Assembly (NCBI GenBank): GCA_947462515.1
Contig: CANHPJ010000001.1
Span: 1 to 49,836 of the forward strand
DNA length: 49,836 nucleotides
DNA from: Bacteroidota bacterium
Lineage (GTDB): Bacteria; Bacteroidota; Bacteroidia; JACCXN01
Direction of reading: 5' to 3'
The position numbers were made by a program, and so were the translations under genes. The notes below the pieces were generated by a model that was given only the letters and a program-made list of their open reading frames with translations, was not told the origin of the DNA and searched no databases. Shown here one piece after another: positions 20,211 to 29,596 of this stretch (within the stretch, counting starts at the first letter, position 1; the number at the start of each line of letters is the position of its first letter).

Positions 20211-21170
20211 ATGAGAATAGGAATAATTGACATAGGAACTAATACTTTCAACCTTCTGGTTGCAAGCATTAACGAATCAGGAATGGTTAAGTTTATACAT
20301 TCAACAAAACTTTCAGTTAGATTGGGGGAAGGATGCTATAACAACAATATTCTGAAAGATGCAGCTATAGAAAGAGGACTATTAGCAATTAAAAGTCACA
20401 TACGCACTGCGAAAGATTTTAATGCTACACATATGATTGCTTTTGGAACTTCTGCGGTAAGGAATGCAGAGAATAAATCTAAATTTATAAATCTTGTTAA
20501 AGATAATTTTAACCTAGATATAAATGTAATAGACGGCAATAAAGAGGCTGAATTAATTTACGAAGGTGTAAAATCCGGTTTAGATCTCGGAAAAAACCTT
20601 TCTTTGATAATAGATATTGGAGGAGGCAGCACAGAATTTATTATTTCGAACCAAGAAAAAATATATTGGAAACAAAGTATAGAAATTGGAGCTGCAAGAT
20701 TATTGGAAAAATTTAAACCATCGGATCCTATTAAAAATGAAGAAAAAATTAAAATAGAAAATTACCTTGAAAAAGAGTTAAATGAGCTTTTTAAAAATCT
20801 TGAAAATTATTCGATAGATACACTAATAGGATCATCTGGTTCTTTTGACACTTTTGCTGAGATGATTGCTCATAAATTTTATAATCCTAATATTCTTAAT
20901 GGTAAATTTGAATATAATTTCAATATGGAGGATTATAGGATAACCCACGATCAACTAGTCAAATCAACTTTAGAGGAACGTTTAAATACAAAAGGATTAA
21001 TAGAAATGCGTGCGGATATGATTGTAATTGCTTCTATATTAGTAAACCTCGTTATCAACAAGTTAGGAATAAAGAACATGAGACTTTCGACTTTTTCTCT
21101 CAAAGAGGGGGTAATTGCCGAAATAAAAAACGGGAAAAACTTTAAGATAAACCCAATAAACAAAAATTAA
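20211..21170 (+). CDS. Ppx/GppA family phosphatase (short, N-terminal ASKHA domains only)
   Basis: 319 aa with IIDIGTNTFNLLVA and DIGGGSTEF actin-like ATPase motifs typical of exopolyphosphatase/GppA. Confidence 0.88.
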   Translation: MRIGIIDIGTNTFNLLVASINESGMVKFIHSTKLSVRLGEGCYNNNILKDAAIERGLLAIKSHIRTAKDFNATHMIAFGTSAVRNAENKSKFINLVKDNFNLDINVIDGNKEAELIYEGVKSGLDLGKNLSLIIDIGGGSTEFIISNQEKIYWKQSIEIGAARLLEKFKPSDPIKNEEKIKIENYLEKELNELFKNLENYSIDTLIGSSGSFDTFAEMIAHKFYNPNILNGKFEYNFNMEDYRITHDQLVKSTLEERLNTKGLIEMRADMIVIASILVNLVINKLGIKNMRLSTFSLKEGVIAEIKNGKNFKINPINKN

Positions 21171-21574
21171 CTACAGTTACAATTTTTTAAAGCAATGTCA
21201 GTTGTAACTTTTTTAAGTGTTGACTTTTTTGCTGAGCTTTCAATTAAAAAGCTGATCTTCTGTCCTGAATTTAGCTTCCCATCTATAAAATAAACAGGAT
21301 GTTCTTTATCTAAAGTTATGCTTTTATTAAAATCGACATCGGAACTGCTGATTATTTTTTTTATTTCCTTTTCGTCTAAACTCAAACACTCAATACATTT
21401 TTCAAGTTCGGGTGAATAAATCAAGGGAACAGAATCTAATTGTGCTAATACTCTATTTTCAGGGAGCCATTCGCCAATATTTCTATCTCTATTTTTTATT
21501 AATGAAAAATAGACTACTATTAAACCAAAAAAAACACCTATGAGGTATAATTTCAATCGTTGTTTGAAATTCAT
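21167..21574 (-). CDS. Hypothetical membrane-anchored protein
   Basis: 135 aa with one N-terminal TM helix (LYLIGVFFGLIVVYFSLI). I recognise no motif. It lies downstream of ald in the same orientation, and its stop overlaps the ppx stop (ttaa at 21167-21170). Confidence 0.6.
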   Translation of the reverse strand: MNFKQRLKLYLIGVFFGLIVVYFSLIKNRDRNIGEWLPENRVLAQLDSVPLIYSPELEKCIECLSLDEKEIKKIISSSDVDFNKSITLDKEHPVYFIDGKLNSGQKISFLIESSAKKSTLKKVTTDIALKNCNCS

Positions 21575-21630
21575 CGAAAAAATAGTAAAATTATAAATAG
21601 TAAGAAAACCTTAAACTACCTGTAAGTGAA

Positions 21631-22848
21631 TTAAAATGCGGCAAGCAATAAATCAATTTCCTTGAAAGGTAAACTTAATGATTCCGCCAAATAACGATTT
21701 GCTAAATTACCATTATAAATATAAACTCCATTTCGAACACCCTTATCCCTTCTTAGGACATTATTCAAACCTCCTTCATCACCTACATTCAATAAAATAG
21801 GAGCAAAAACATTACTCAAGGCATAGGATGCCGTTCTAGAAACTCGTGAAGCTATATTCGGAACGCAATAATGAATAACACCATATTTTCTAAAAACAGG
21901 TTTAGCATGGCTTGTAACTTCAGATGTTTCAAAACAACCTCCATGGTCGATACTCACATCAATAATAACAGCACCGAATTTCATTTCACTAACCATTTCC
22001 TCAGTAACAACGCATGGTGTTCTGCCTTCCAACCCCCTAAGTGCACCAATAGCGACATCGGCTGTTTTGAGGGCATTCATCAATACTTTTGGTTGTAAAA
22101 CAGATGTAAACACACGTTGTCCCAGATTATTTTGCAACCTTCTTAATTTGGACAAAGACTTATCAAACACTTTTACACTTGCTCCCAATCCCAAGGCAGC
22201 GCGAGCAGCATTTTCTCCAACGGTTCCTGCTCCAATAATAACAACCTCTGTTGGAGCGACTCCTGTAATACCACCTAAAATAGCACCTTGACCATTATGA
22301 ACATTACTCAAGTATTCAGAGGCGATTAAAATGGAGGCATTTCCTTCAATCTCGCTCATTGAGCGAACAATAGGATACACCCCTTCATCATCTTTTATAT
22401 AATCGAAAGCAAGCGCGGTAATTTTCTTTGCGATTAACTTTTTGATGTAATTTTCGGGATGAATAGATAACTGTAATGCAGAAATTAAAGTCTGTTTATT
22501 TTGCATCATTTCAATTTCTTCCAAGGAAGGTGGTTCTACCTTTAGAATAATATCTGCTTTATAAACTTCCTGTGGTCCGCTTGCGATAATGGCTCCAGCA
22601 TCACTAAAATCTTTATCTTGAAAATTAGCTGCTTTACCTGCATTAGTTTCAATAACCACTTCGTGTCCATTATTGACTAATAATGCGACTGCATCAGGAA
22701 CTAATGGTATTCTATTTTCCTGAAAGGAAGTTTCTTTAGGTATTCCAATGAACAAAGAACTTTTCTTTTTACCTAATTCCAATCTTTCCTCCTGAGGCAT
22801 TAGGCCAATAGCTTTAGAAATTGAGAATATTTGATGAGGAGTTTCCAT
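21631..22848 (-). CDS. Alanine dehydrogenase / PNT-family NAD(H)-dependent dehydrogenase
   Basis: 405 aa with the AlaDH/PNT N-terminal pattern (GIPKETSFQENRIPLVPD) and a Rossmann motif (VVIIGAGTVGENAA). Confidence 0.85.
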   Translation of the reverse strand: METPHQIFSISKAIGLMPQEERLELGKKKSSLFIGIPKETSFQENRIPLVPDAVALLVNNGHEVVIETNAGKAANFQDKDFSDAGAIIASGPQEVYKADIILKVEPPSLEEIEMMQNKQTLISALQLSIHPENYIKKLIAKKITALAFDYIKDDEGVYPIVRSMSEIEGNASILIASEYLSNVHNGQGAILGGITGVAPTEVVIIGAGTVGENAARAALGLGASVKVFDKSLSKLRRLQNNLGQRVFTSVLQPKVLMNALKTADVAIGALRGLEGRTPCVVTEEMVSEMKFGAVIIDVSIDHGGCFETSEVTSHAKPVFRKYGVIHYCVPNIASRVSRTASYALSNVFAPILLNVGDEGGLNNVLRRDKGVRNGVYIYNGNLANRYLAESLSLPFKEIDLLLAAF

Positions 22849-22853
22849 TTAAT

Positions 22854-23276
22854 TTATTTTTTACAATTTACTATTCTTGTATTATTTTTATTCATCAAAA
22901 ACACTTTAACAATGTTTTCAGGTAATAAGGATTCTATTCTCTCAGGCCACTCTATGAAGCAAAAATTACCACTATAAAAATACTCTTCATATCCTAAATC
23001 GAATGCCTCTTGTTCCTGCTTAAGTCGATAGAAATCAAAATGATAAACGGGCTTCCAATTATGATCTTGATATTCATTTACGATTGTGTATGTTGGGCTA
23101 CAAACATAATCAAGAACTCCTATTTTTTTACAAAGACTTTTAATTAGAGTAGTTTTGCCTACTCCCATTTCTCCGTAAAAGGCAAAAACTTTACAATCAG
23201 ATGCAAAGCCAAGAATTTGATCTACTGCCAAACCGAGCATTTCTATGCTACGAATCTCAAATTGAATTTCTTTCAC
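22854..23276 (-). CDS. tsaE: tRNA threonylcarbamoyladenosine (t6A) biosynthesis protein TsaE
   Basis: 140 aa with a P-loop (FYGEMGVGKTTLIK) and SPTYTIVNEY...HFDFYRL motifs. Confidence 0.92.
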   Translation of the reverse strand: MKEIQFEIRSIEMLGLAVDQILGFASDCKVFAFYGEMGVGKTTLIKSLCKKIGVLDYVCSPTYTIVNEYQDHNWKPVYHFDFYRLKQEQEAFDLGYEEYFYSGNFCFIEWPERIESLLPENIVKVFLMNKNNTRIVNCKK

Positions 23277-23316
23277 TAAACTATTTGAAAAAACAAATTG
23301 ACTATTTATTTGAAGG

Positions 23317-23324
23317 CAAATATA
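23317..23324 (-). promoter_or_regulatory. Candidate -7 box (TATATTTG on the minus strand) for tsaE-ald
   Basis: The plus strand reads caaatata, an exact TAnnTTTG on the minus strand, 41 nt upstream of the tsaE ATG. Confidence 0.35.
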
Positions 23325-23381
23325 TTACTTTAAAAACAATGATGAAGCAGAAAATTACAATCCTAGAAATAAAACCACTTT

Positions 23382-24935
23382 TTATTTCGGACTTAGAACT
23401 ATGAAAGGGATAATCATTTCCTCCAAAGAAACACCTCCATGCTGAAATGTATTTCTGTAATAGTTAACGTAGTGATTAAAATTATTAGGATAAGCAAAAA
23501 ACAAATCTTCTTTGGCGAAGACAAAAACTGAACTTACATGTTGTTTTGGCAAATATGCGTCTGCCGGATTTTTTATTTCAAAAACATCTTTTTTTATATA
23601 ATCAAGACTTTTACCTTGTTTATATCTCAAATTTGTATTTACATTTTTATCACCAATTACTTTTGATGGTTCATTAACCTTGATTGTACCGTGATCGGTT
23701 GTAATAATTATTTTACATTTTTTATCTGAAACTTGTTTGAGAATATCTAACAAAGGGGAATGCTCAAACCAAGAAAGAGTTAATGAGCGGTAAGCAGCTT
23801 CATCATCGGCAAGTTCCCTAATCATTTCCATTTCGGTTCTGGCATGGGAAAGCATATCAACAAAATTATATACAATTACATTAAATTGGTTGGTCATTAA
23901 ATTCGAAACATTTTCCGAGAGTTTTTTTCCAAAACTATAATTAGTCACCTTGTTATAAGAATATTTGAAGTTTTTCCCTGAACGCTTTAAAAGCTCCTCC
24001 AAAAACTCGGCTTCATGAAGATTTTTACCCCCTTCTTCCTCATCATTAAACCAAAGTTTAGGGAATTTTTTCTCAATTTCTGAAGGTAATAATCCTGCGA
24101 ACAAAGCATTTCTCGCATATTGAGTAGCAGTTGGCAGAATACTGCAATACAATTCTTCTTTGTCTATCCTAAAATATTCATTTATAATTGGCTGCAGCAC
24201 TTTCCACTGGTCATACCTAAGGTTATCTATTAAAATAAAAAAAACAGGATTCTCACTTTTCAATTCAGGGAGTATACTATTTTTAAATAAAGTATGAGAC
24301 ATGATGGGTGCATTATCATTTTTACCAGAAATCCAGCCCAGATAATTCTTTTCAACAAATTTTGAAAAAAGCATATTAGCTTCTTTTTTTTGCATTTTCA
24401 AAATTTCCTGCATGCCTTGATCATTTGATTTTTCAAGTTCCAATTCCCAAAACACAAGTTTTTTATAAATTTCTATCCATTCTTGATAATCGAGATGGTC
24501 GCTCAATTGCATTCCAATATTTCTAAAATCTTGTTGATAGGCTGAATTGGTTTTTTCACTTACCAAACGTTTCGTATCCAAGTTTTTTTTCAGAGAAAGA
24601 AGAATCTGATTAGGATTAACTGGCTTTATAAGATAATCAGATATTTTAGAACCAATTGCATCTTCCATTATAGATTCCTCTTCACTTTTAGTGATCATCA
24701 CAACAGGAATATCACTACGAATGGATTTGATTTTAGTTAGAGTTTCTACTCCTGATATGCCAGGCATATTTTCATCCAGCAAAACAATATCAATATGATT
24801 TTTTTCTACTTCATCAATTGCATCATTTCCATTGTTAACGGTAATCACATTGTATCCCTTTTCTTTAAGAAATAAAACATGTGGCTTTAACAAATCTATT
24901 TCATCATCTGCCCATAAAACATTTATTTTTTCCAT
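23382..24935 (-). CDS. porX: PorX-like response regulator with a C-terminal PglZ/alkaline-phosphatase-superfamily domain
   Basis: The ORF track gives 557 aa, but the receiver domain begins at Met41 (MEKINVLWADDEIDLLKPHVLFLKEKGY...), giving 517 aa, the size I recall for PorX. It has the phospho-acceptor DIVLLDENMPG, and the C-terminal half has PglZ-type motifs (TDHGT..., QHGGVSLEEMIIPF). Confidence 0.8.
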   Translation of the reverse strand: MEKINVLWADDEIDLLKPHVLFLKEKGYNVITVNNGNDAIDEVEKNHIDIVLLDENMPGISGVETLTKIKSIRSDIPVVMITKSEEESIMEDAIGSKISDYLIKPVNPNQILLSLKKNLDTKRLVSEKTNSAYQQDFRNIGMQLSDHLDYQEWIEIYKKLVFWELELEKSNDQGMQEILKMQKKEANMLFSKFVEKNYLGWISGKNDNAPIMSHTLFKNSILPELKSENPVFFILIDNLRYDQWKVLQPIINEYFRIDKEELYCSILPTATQYARNALFAGLLPSEIEKKFPKLWFNDEEEGGKNLHEAEFLEELLKRSGKNFKYSYNKVTNYSFGKKLSENVSNLMTNQFNVIVYNFVDMLSHARTEMEMIRELADDEAAYRSLTLSWFEHSPLLDILKQVSDKKCKIIITTDHGTIKVNEPSKVIGDKNVNTNLRYKQGKSLDYIKKDVFEIKNPADAYLPKQHVSSVFVFAKEDLFFAYPNNFNHYVNYYRNTFQHGGVSLEEMIIPFIVLSPK

Positions 24936-25008
24936 AAAAAAACTTAACTTAGACTCTTTTTGATATTCAAATACAACAGGGAATAAATATAGCAAAAAAC
25001 AGGCAGTT

Positions 25009-26247
25009 TTGAAAAATAGCACTCCTAACAAATTGAAAATATTCAACGATCCCATTTATGGATTTGTTAATATTCCATATGAAATAATTTACGATTTAAT
25101 AGAACATCCTTATTTTCAAAGATTAAGGAGAATAAAACAATTAGGAATGACTCACCTGGTATACCCCGGTGCATTGCACACGAGATTTCATCACGCGCTT
25201 GGAGCGATGTTTCTTATGACAGAGGCAATCGATGTACTGAGGAATAAGGGCAATGAAATAAGCGATGAGGAGGCAATAGGAGCCACAATAGCGATTTTGC
25301 TTCACGACATAGGGCATGGTCCTTTTTCGCATGCTTTGGAACATTCAATTGTAGAGAACATAACCCACGAAGACATTTCGGCGCTATTCATGGATAAACT
25401 AAACCAGGAATTTGACGGGAAATTGAATTTGGCAATTTCCATATTTAGAGGCCAGTACAAGAAAAGATTTTTACATCAATTAGTTTCAAGCCAACTTGAT
25501 GTTGACAGGTTAGATTATTTAAAAAGAGATAGTTTTTTTACCGGTGTATCGGAAGGAGTTATAAGTTCTGAAAGAATAATTAAAATGTTAAATGTTGTTG
25601 ATGATGAATTAGCAGTCGAATCCAAAGGGATTTATTCTGTCGAAAAATTTATCATTGCCAGGCGTTTAATGTACTGGCAAGTATATCTTCATAAAACAGT
25701 AATTTCAGCAGAATATTTATTAGTAAACATTTTAAAAAGAGCCAAGGAACTGGCCTCTCAGGATAGAGAATTATTTTGCACACCTGCTTTTAGAACCTTT
25801 CTATATAACAAAATAAATAGAGAAAGTTTTGAAACTAACAAAGCCTTATTAGATACTTTTTCTGAACTCGATGACTATGACATTTTCACATCCATAAAAA
25901 CCTGGACAAAACACGATGACCATGTGCTATCGAAGCTTTGCAGAAATTTAACAAACAGAAACCTATACAAAATAGAAATACAAAAAAATCCATTCAGTAA
26001 AGATTATATAGAACAAAAAGTAAAAAAAATAAAAGAAAAATATAATTTTTCAGAAGAGGAAAGTAATTATTTTGTTTTTACCAATTTCATCTCAAACAAT
26101 GCTTATAATCCACAAATTGACACGATTAACATCATAGATAAGGACAGCAATTTAATAGACATAGCCGAAGCAGCTGATCAATTAAATATCTCAGCACTTT
26201 CAAAACCGGTAAAAAAATACTTTCTTTGCTATCCTAAAGATATTTAA
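25009..26247 (+). CDS. HD-domain phosphohydrolase, SAMHD1/EF1143-like (putative dNTP triphosphohydrolase)
   Basis: 412 aa with the motifs KIFNDPIYGF, RFHHALG, LLHDIGHGPFSH and QLDVDRLDYLKRDS. No usable in-frame ATG exists, so the start is TTG at 25009 or TTG at 25033 (MKIFNDP...). Confidence 0.85.
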   Translation: MKNSTPNKLKIFNDPIYGFVNIPYEIIYDLIEHPYFQRLRRIKQLGMTHLVYPGALHTRFHHALGAMFLMTEAIDVLRNKGNEISDEEAIGATIAILLHDIGHGPFSHALEHSIVENITHEDISALFMDKLNQEFDGKLNLAISIFRGQYKKRFLHQLVSSQLDVDRLDYLKRDSFFTGVSEGVISSERIIKMLNVVDDELAVESKGIYSVEKFIIARRLMYWQVYLHKTVISAEYLLVNILKRAKELASQDRELFCTPAFRTFLYNKINRESFETNKALLDTFSELDDYDIFTSIKTWTKHDDHVLSKLCRNLTNRNLYKIEIQKNPFSKDYIEQKVKKIKEKYNFSEEESNYFVFTNFISNNAYNPQIDTINIIDKDSNLIDIAEAADQLNISALSKPVKKYFLCYPKDI

Positions 26248-26283
26248 CACGAGCAAAAGTTTAATTAATATAAATTTTGAGCT

Positions 26284-27348
26284 ATGGAATTTACAGCTGC
26301 TAAAATAGCACAAATACTGGAAGGAACCGTTGAAGGAAATCCAGAGATAAGTGTAAATACACTTTCAAAAATTGAAGAAGGGACAAACAAATCAATTACC
26401 TTTTTAGCTAATCCTCAATACACTCCATACATATATACAACAGATGCATCAATTGTTATAGTAAACAGGAGCTTTGTTCCAGAAAAACCACTAAAAGAAA
26501 CATGCACCCTGATAAGGGTTGATGACGCATATAAGGCTTTTGCGATGCTTTTGGATGCTTACAATACTTTTAAAACTAACAAAACTGGCATCGAACCTCA
26601 ATCATATATTTCCTCATCTGCAAAACTAGGCCAACAACTTTATGTTGGGTCCTTTGCCTATATAGGAGAAAATGTAATTATTGGTAACAATGTTAAAATA
26701 TACCCACATTGTTACATTGGAGATAACGTTGTAATTAAAGATAATACGACAGTTTTTTCAGGTGTAAAAATATATCATGATTGTATCATAGGTAAATCAT
26801 GCACGATACATGCAGGGGTTGTAATAGGCGCAGACGGGTTTGGCTTCGCCCCTAATCAGGAAAACAATTATATAAAGGTTGCCCAGATAGGAAACGTGAT
26901 ACTTGAAGATCATATAGAAATTGGATCAAACACAACTATTGACAGAGCTACTTTAGGGTCAACAATAATAAGAAAAGGAGTTAAACTGGACAACTTAATT
27001 CAGATTGCGCATAATGTAGAGATTGGAGAAAACACCGTAATAGCATCCCAAACAGGAATTGCAGGATCAACAAAAATCGGTAGCGACTGCATGATAGGCG
27101 GTCAAGTTGGAATAATTGGTCATATAACAATAGCAAACAAGGTAAAAATTGCGGCACAATCAGGGGTAGGTTCAAGTATTACAAAAGAGGGTGAAATTTT
27201 GCAAGGATCACCAGCATTTACAATCGGTGATTTTAAGCGCTCCTATGTATCATTTAGAAATTTACCTGAGATAAGTGGGAAGATAAAAGAACTAGAAGAA
27301 AACATTAAAGAGCTAAAAAAACTAGCTAAATCATTACAAGATGAGTGA
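26284..27348 (+). CDS. lpxD: UDP-3-O-(3-hydroxyacyl)glucosamine N-acyltransferase
   Basis: 354 aa with the LpxD N-terminal domain ([15 protein letters not shown]) followed by hexapeptide-repeat left-handed beta-helix repeats. Confidence 0.95.
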   Translation: MEFTAAKIAQILEGTVEGNPEISVNTLSKIEEGTNKSITFLANPQYTPYIYTTDASIVIVNRSFVPEKPLKETCTLIRVDDAYKAFAMLLDAYNTFKTNKTGIEPQSYISSSAKLGQQLYVGSFAYIGENVIIGNNVKIYPHCYIGDNVVIKDNTTVFSGVKIYHDCIIGKSCTIHAGVVIGADGFGFAPNQENNYIKVAQIGNVILEDHIEIGSNTTIDRATLGSTIIRKGVKLDNLIQIAHNVEIGENTVIASQTGIAGSTKIGSDCMIGGQVGIIGHITIANKVKIAAQSGVGSSITKEGEILQGSPAFTIGDFKRSYVSFRNLPEISGKIKELEENIKELKKLAKSLQDE

Positions 27349-28732
27349 AAAACAAAGAACAATAAATACAAGTGTAAGTGTTTCAGGAATAGGCTTGCAC
27401 ACAGGGAAAAAATCTACATTAACTTTTAAACCTGCACCTGAAAATCATGGATATAAGTTTCAAAGAATTGATTTAGAAGGACAACCAATCATAGTTGCAG
27501 ACGTAGACAATGTTATTGACACATCCAGGGGTACTACACTTTCAAAAAACGGAGCCAATATTCATACTACAGAGCACGTATTAGCAGCTTTAGTAGGCTC
27601 TAAAGTTGACAATGTATTAATGGAAATTGATGGCCCTGAAGTACCAATTATGGATGGAAGCTCATTACTTTTCATAAAAGCGTTAGAACAAGCAGGATAT
27701 ATAGAACAAGCCGCTGAGAGAGAATATTTTGTTATAAAAGAAAACATCACATTCGAGGACCCTGAAAAGGGAGTAGAAATGCTTGCTGTTCCGCAGGAAG
27801 ATTATAGACTGACAGTTATGGTAGACTATAAATCAAAATTATTAGGAACGCAGCATGCATCGATGTATAATCTTGAGGAGTTCAAAACTGAAATTTCACC
27901 CTGTAGGACTTTCGTATTTTTGCATGAACTGGAGGCATTATTGGAGAAGGATCTAATCAAGGGAGGAGATCTCGACAATGCAATAGTGATGGTGGCAAGA
28001 GAAACAAAGCAAGAAGAATTGGATAAACTAGCCAGTTTATTAAACAAACCTAAGGTAGAAATAAAAGGAATAGGAGTTTTAAACAATACCGATTTAAAAT
28101 TCGAAAACGAGCCTGCAAAGCATAAATTACTTGACATAATAGGTGATTTAGCCTTAATTGGAAAGCCAATTAAAGGTCACATTTTGGCAGCAAGACCAGG
28201 GCATGCGGGGAATGTAGCATTTGCAAAAAAGATTAAACAAATCATAAAAGAGCAAAGTAACAATGATGCTCCGCATTATGATCCGAATATAGCTCCAATT
28301 TTCAACATTAATGATATCACCGGATTGCTTCCTCATCGTCAACCTTTTCTATTGATTGACAAAATAATAGAGATGAGCGAAAATCATGTGGTAGGATTAA
28401 AAAACGTGACCATGAATGAGGAGTTTTTCAAGGGTCACTTTCCGGGGAGTCCAGTAATGCCGGGAGTACTATTAATAGAGGCGATGGCTCAAACGGGAGG
28501 AGTCTTCACATTAAGTTCTGTTCCAGATCCAGAAAACTACCTCACCTATTTTATGAAAATAGACAAAGTAAGGTTTAAGCAAAAAGTATTGCCAGGTGAT
28601 ACTGTTCTATTCAAGCTTGAGTTACTTACTCCGATTCGCAGAGGAATATGCCATATGTATGGCAAAGCTTATGTTGGAAAAAACGTAGTAATGGAAGGTG
28701 AATTAATGGCACAAATTTCAAAAATAAAATAA
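27341..28732 (+). CDS. lpxC/fabZ: Bifunctional UDP-3-O-acyl-GlcNAc deacetylase / 3-hydroxyacyl-ACP dehydratase
   Basis: 463 aa. The N-terminal part is LpxC (QRTI...[25 protein letters not shown]). The C-terminal part is a FabZ hotdog ([13 protein letters not shown]...[16 protein letters not shown]). This fusion is typical of Bacteroidota. It overlaps lpxD by 8 nt. Confidence 0.96.
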   Translation: MSEKQRTINTSVSVSGIGLHTGKKSTLTFKPAPENHGYKFQRIDLEGQPIIVADVDNVIDTSRGTTLSKNGANIHTTEHVLAALVGSKVDNVLMEIDGPEVPIMDGSSLLFIKALEQAGYIEQAAEREYFVIKENITFEDPEKGVEMLAVPQEDYRLTVMVDYKSKLLGTQHASMYNLEEFKTEISPCRTFVFLHELEALLEKDLIKGGDLDNAIVMVARETKQEELDKLASLLNKPKVEIKGIGVLNNTDLKFENEPAKHKLLDIIGDLALIGKPIKGHILAARPGHAGNVAFAKKIKQIIKEQSNNDAPHYDPNIAPIFNINDITGLLPHRQPFLLIDKIIEMSENHVVGLKNVTMNEEFFKGHFPGSPVMPGVLLIEAMAQTGGVFTLSSVPDPENYLTYFMKIDKVRFKQKVLPGDTVLFKLELLTPIRRGICHMYGKAYVGKNVVMEGELMAQISKIK

Positions 28733-28735
28733 AAC

Positions 28736-29521
28736 ATGGCGCATAATCTTTCTTTCATTCATCCAGATGCCAAGATTGGAAAAGATGTAGTAATAGAACC
28801 CTTTGCATACATAGCAGGAAATGTTGTAATTGGGGAGGGCACATGGGTTGGTCCAAACGTAACAATAATGGATGGAGCCAGAATAGGAAAAAACTGTAAA
28901 ATTTTTCCAGGAGCGGTAATATCGGCTATTCCTCAAGATTTAAAATTTGCCGGAGAAGACACACTCACTGAAATAGGAGACAATACTGTAATAAGAGAAT
29001 GTGTTACCATAAACCGAGGTACTACTGACAAATACACAACCAAGGTAGGTGACAATTGTCTTTTAATGGCATATGTTCACGTAGCTCACGATTGCATATT
29101 AGGCAATAATATCATAATGGCCAATAGTGTAAATCTGGCAGGACATGTTAATGTTGAGGATCATGTTATATTAGAGGGATTAGTAGCTGTTCAGCAATTT
29201 GTAACTATCGGAGCACATGCATTTGTCACAGGAGGGTCTCTAGTGAGAAAAAACATCCCTCCTTTCGTAAAAGCAGCAAGAGAGCCCTTGACATACATGG
29301 GTGTTAATAGCGTTGGATTGCGACGAAGAGGATTTTCAAATGAACAGATCACTCAGATTGAGGAAATCTATAGAACTATATATGTAAGAGGTCACAACAC
29401 TTCAAACGCACTCTCCATAGTTGAATTGGAAGCTCCAAATTCAAATGAGAAGGATCAGATACTCACTTTCATCCGAAAGTCTACAAATGGGATAATCCGA
29501 GGAATGTTTAATGCTGTTTAA
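28736..29521 (+). CDS. lpxA: Acyl-ACP--UDP-N-acetylglucosamine O-acyltransferase
   Basis: 261 aa. IHPDAKIG starts the hexapeptide repeats, followed by the helical C-terminal domain. Confidence 0.95.
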   Translation: MAHNLSFIHPDAKIGKDVVIEPFAYIAGNVVIGEGTWVGPNVTIMDGARIGKNCKIFPGAVISAIPQDLKFAGEDTLTEIGDNTVIRECVTINRGTTDKYTTKVGDNCLLMAYVHVAHDCILGNNIIMANSVNLAGHVNVEDHVILEGLVAVQQFVTIGAHAFVTGGSLVRKNIPPFVKAAREPLTYMGVNSVGLRRRGFSNEQITQIEEIYRTIYVRGHNTSNALSIVELEAPNSNEKDQILTFIRKSTNGIIRGMFNAV

Positions 29522-29596
29522 TATACTTTAAAAGAAAAGTTAAAATTTCAAAACTTATTACCATTAAATAATCCTGAAACCAGTAAAGAAAACAAA

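Noticed and set aside
23382-24935. The PglZ domain as a marker of a BREX-type phage defence island.
   Set aside because: No pglX, brxC, brxL or other BREX component lies nearby. The PglZ domain is fused to a CheY receiver, exactly as in PorX, and the neighbours are housekeeping genes (tsaE, ald, lpx operon).
24936-25055. A 40-codon N-terminal extension of the porX ORF (MGSLNIFNLLGVLFFKTACFLLYLFPVVFEYQKESKLSFF).
   Set aside because: The receiver domain starts exactly at Met41. The extension would overlap the divergent HD gene start and would consume the whole shared promoter region. Its sequence looks like translated AT-rich non-coding DNA.
25009-26247. The HD/SAMHD1-like gene as a stand-alone antiphage dNTPase defence gene.
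   Set aside because: It sits as the first gene of a core lipid A operon. There are no mobile-element or other defence genes around it, and no compositional break that I can see. This looks like conserved housekeeping context rather than a defence island, although the substrate question is kept as a finding.
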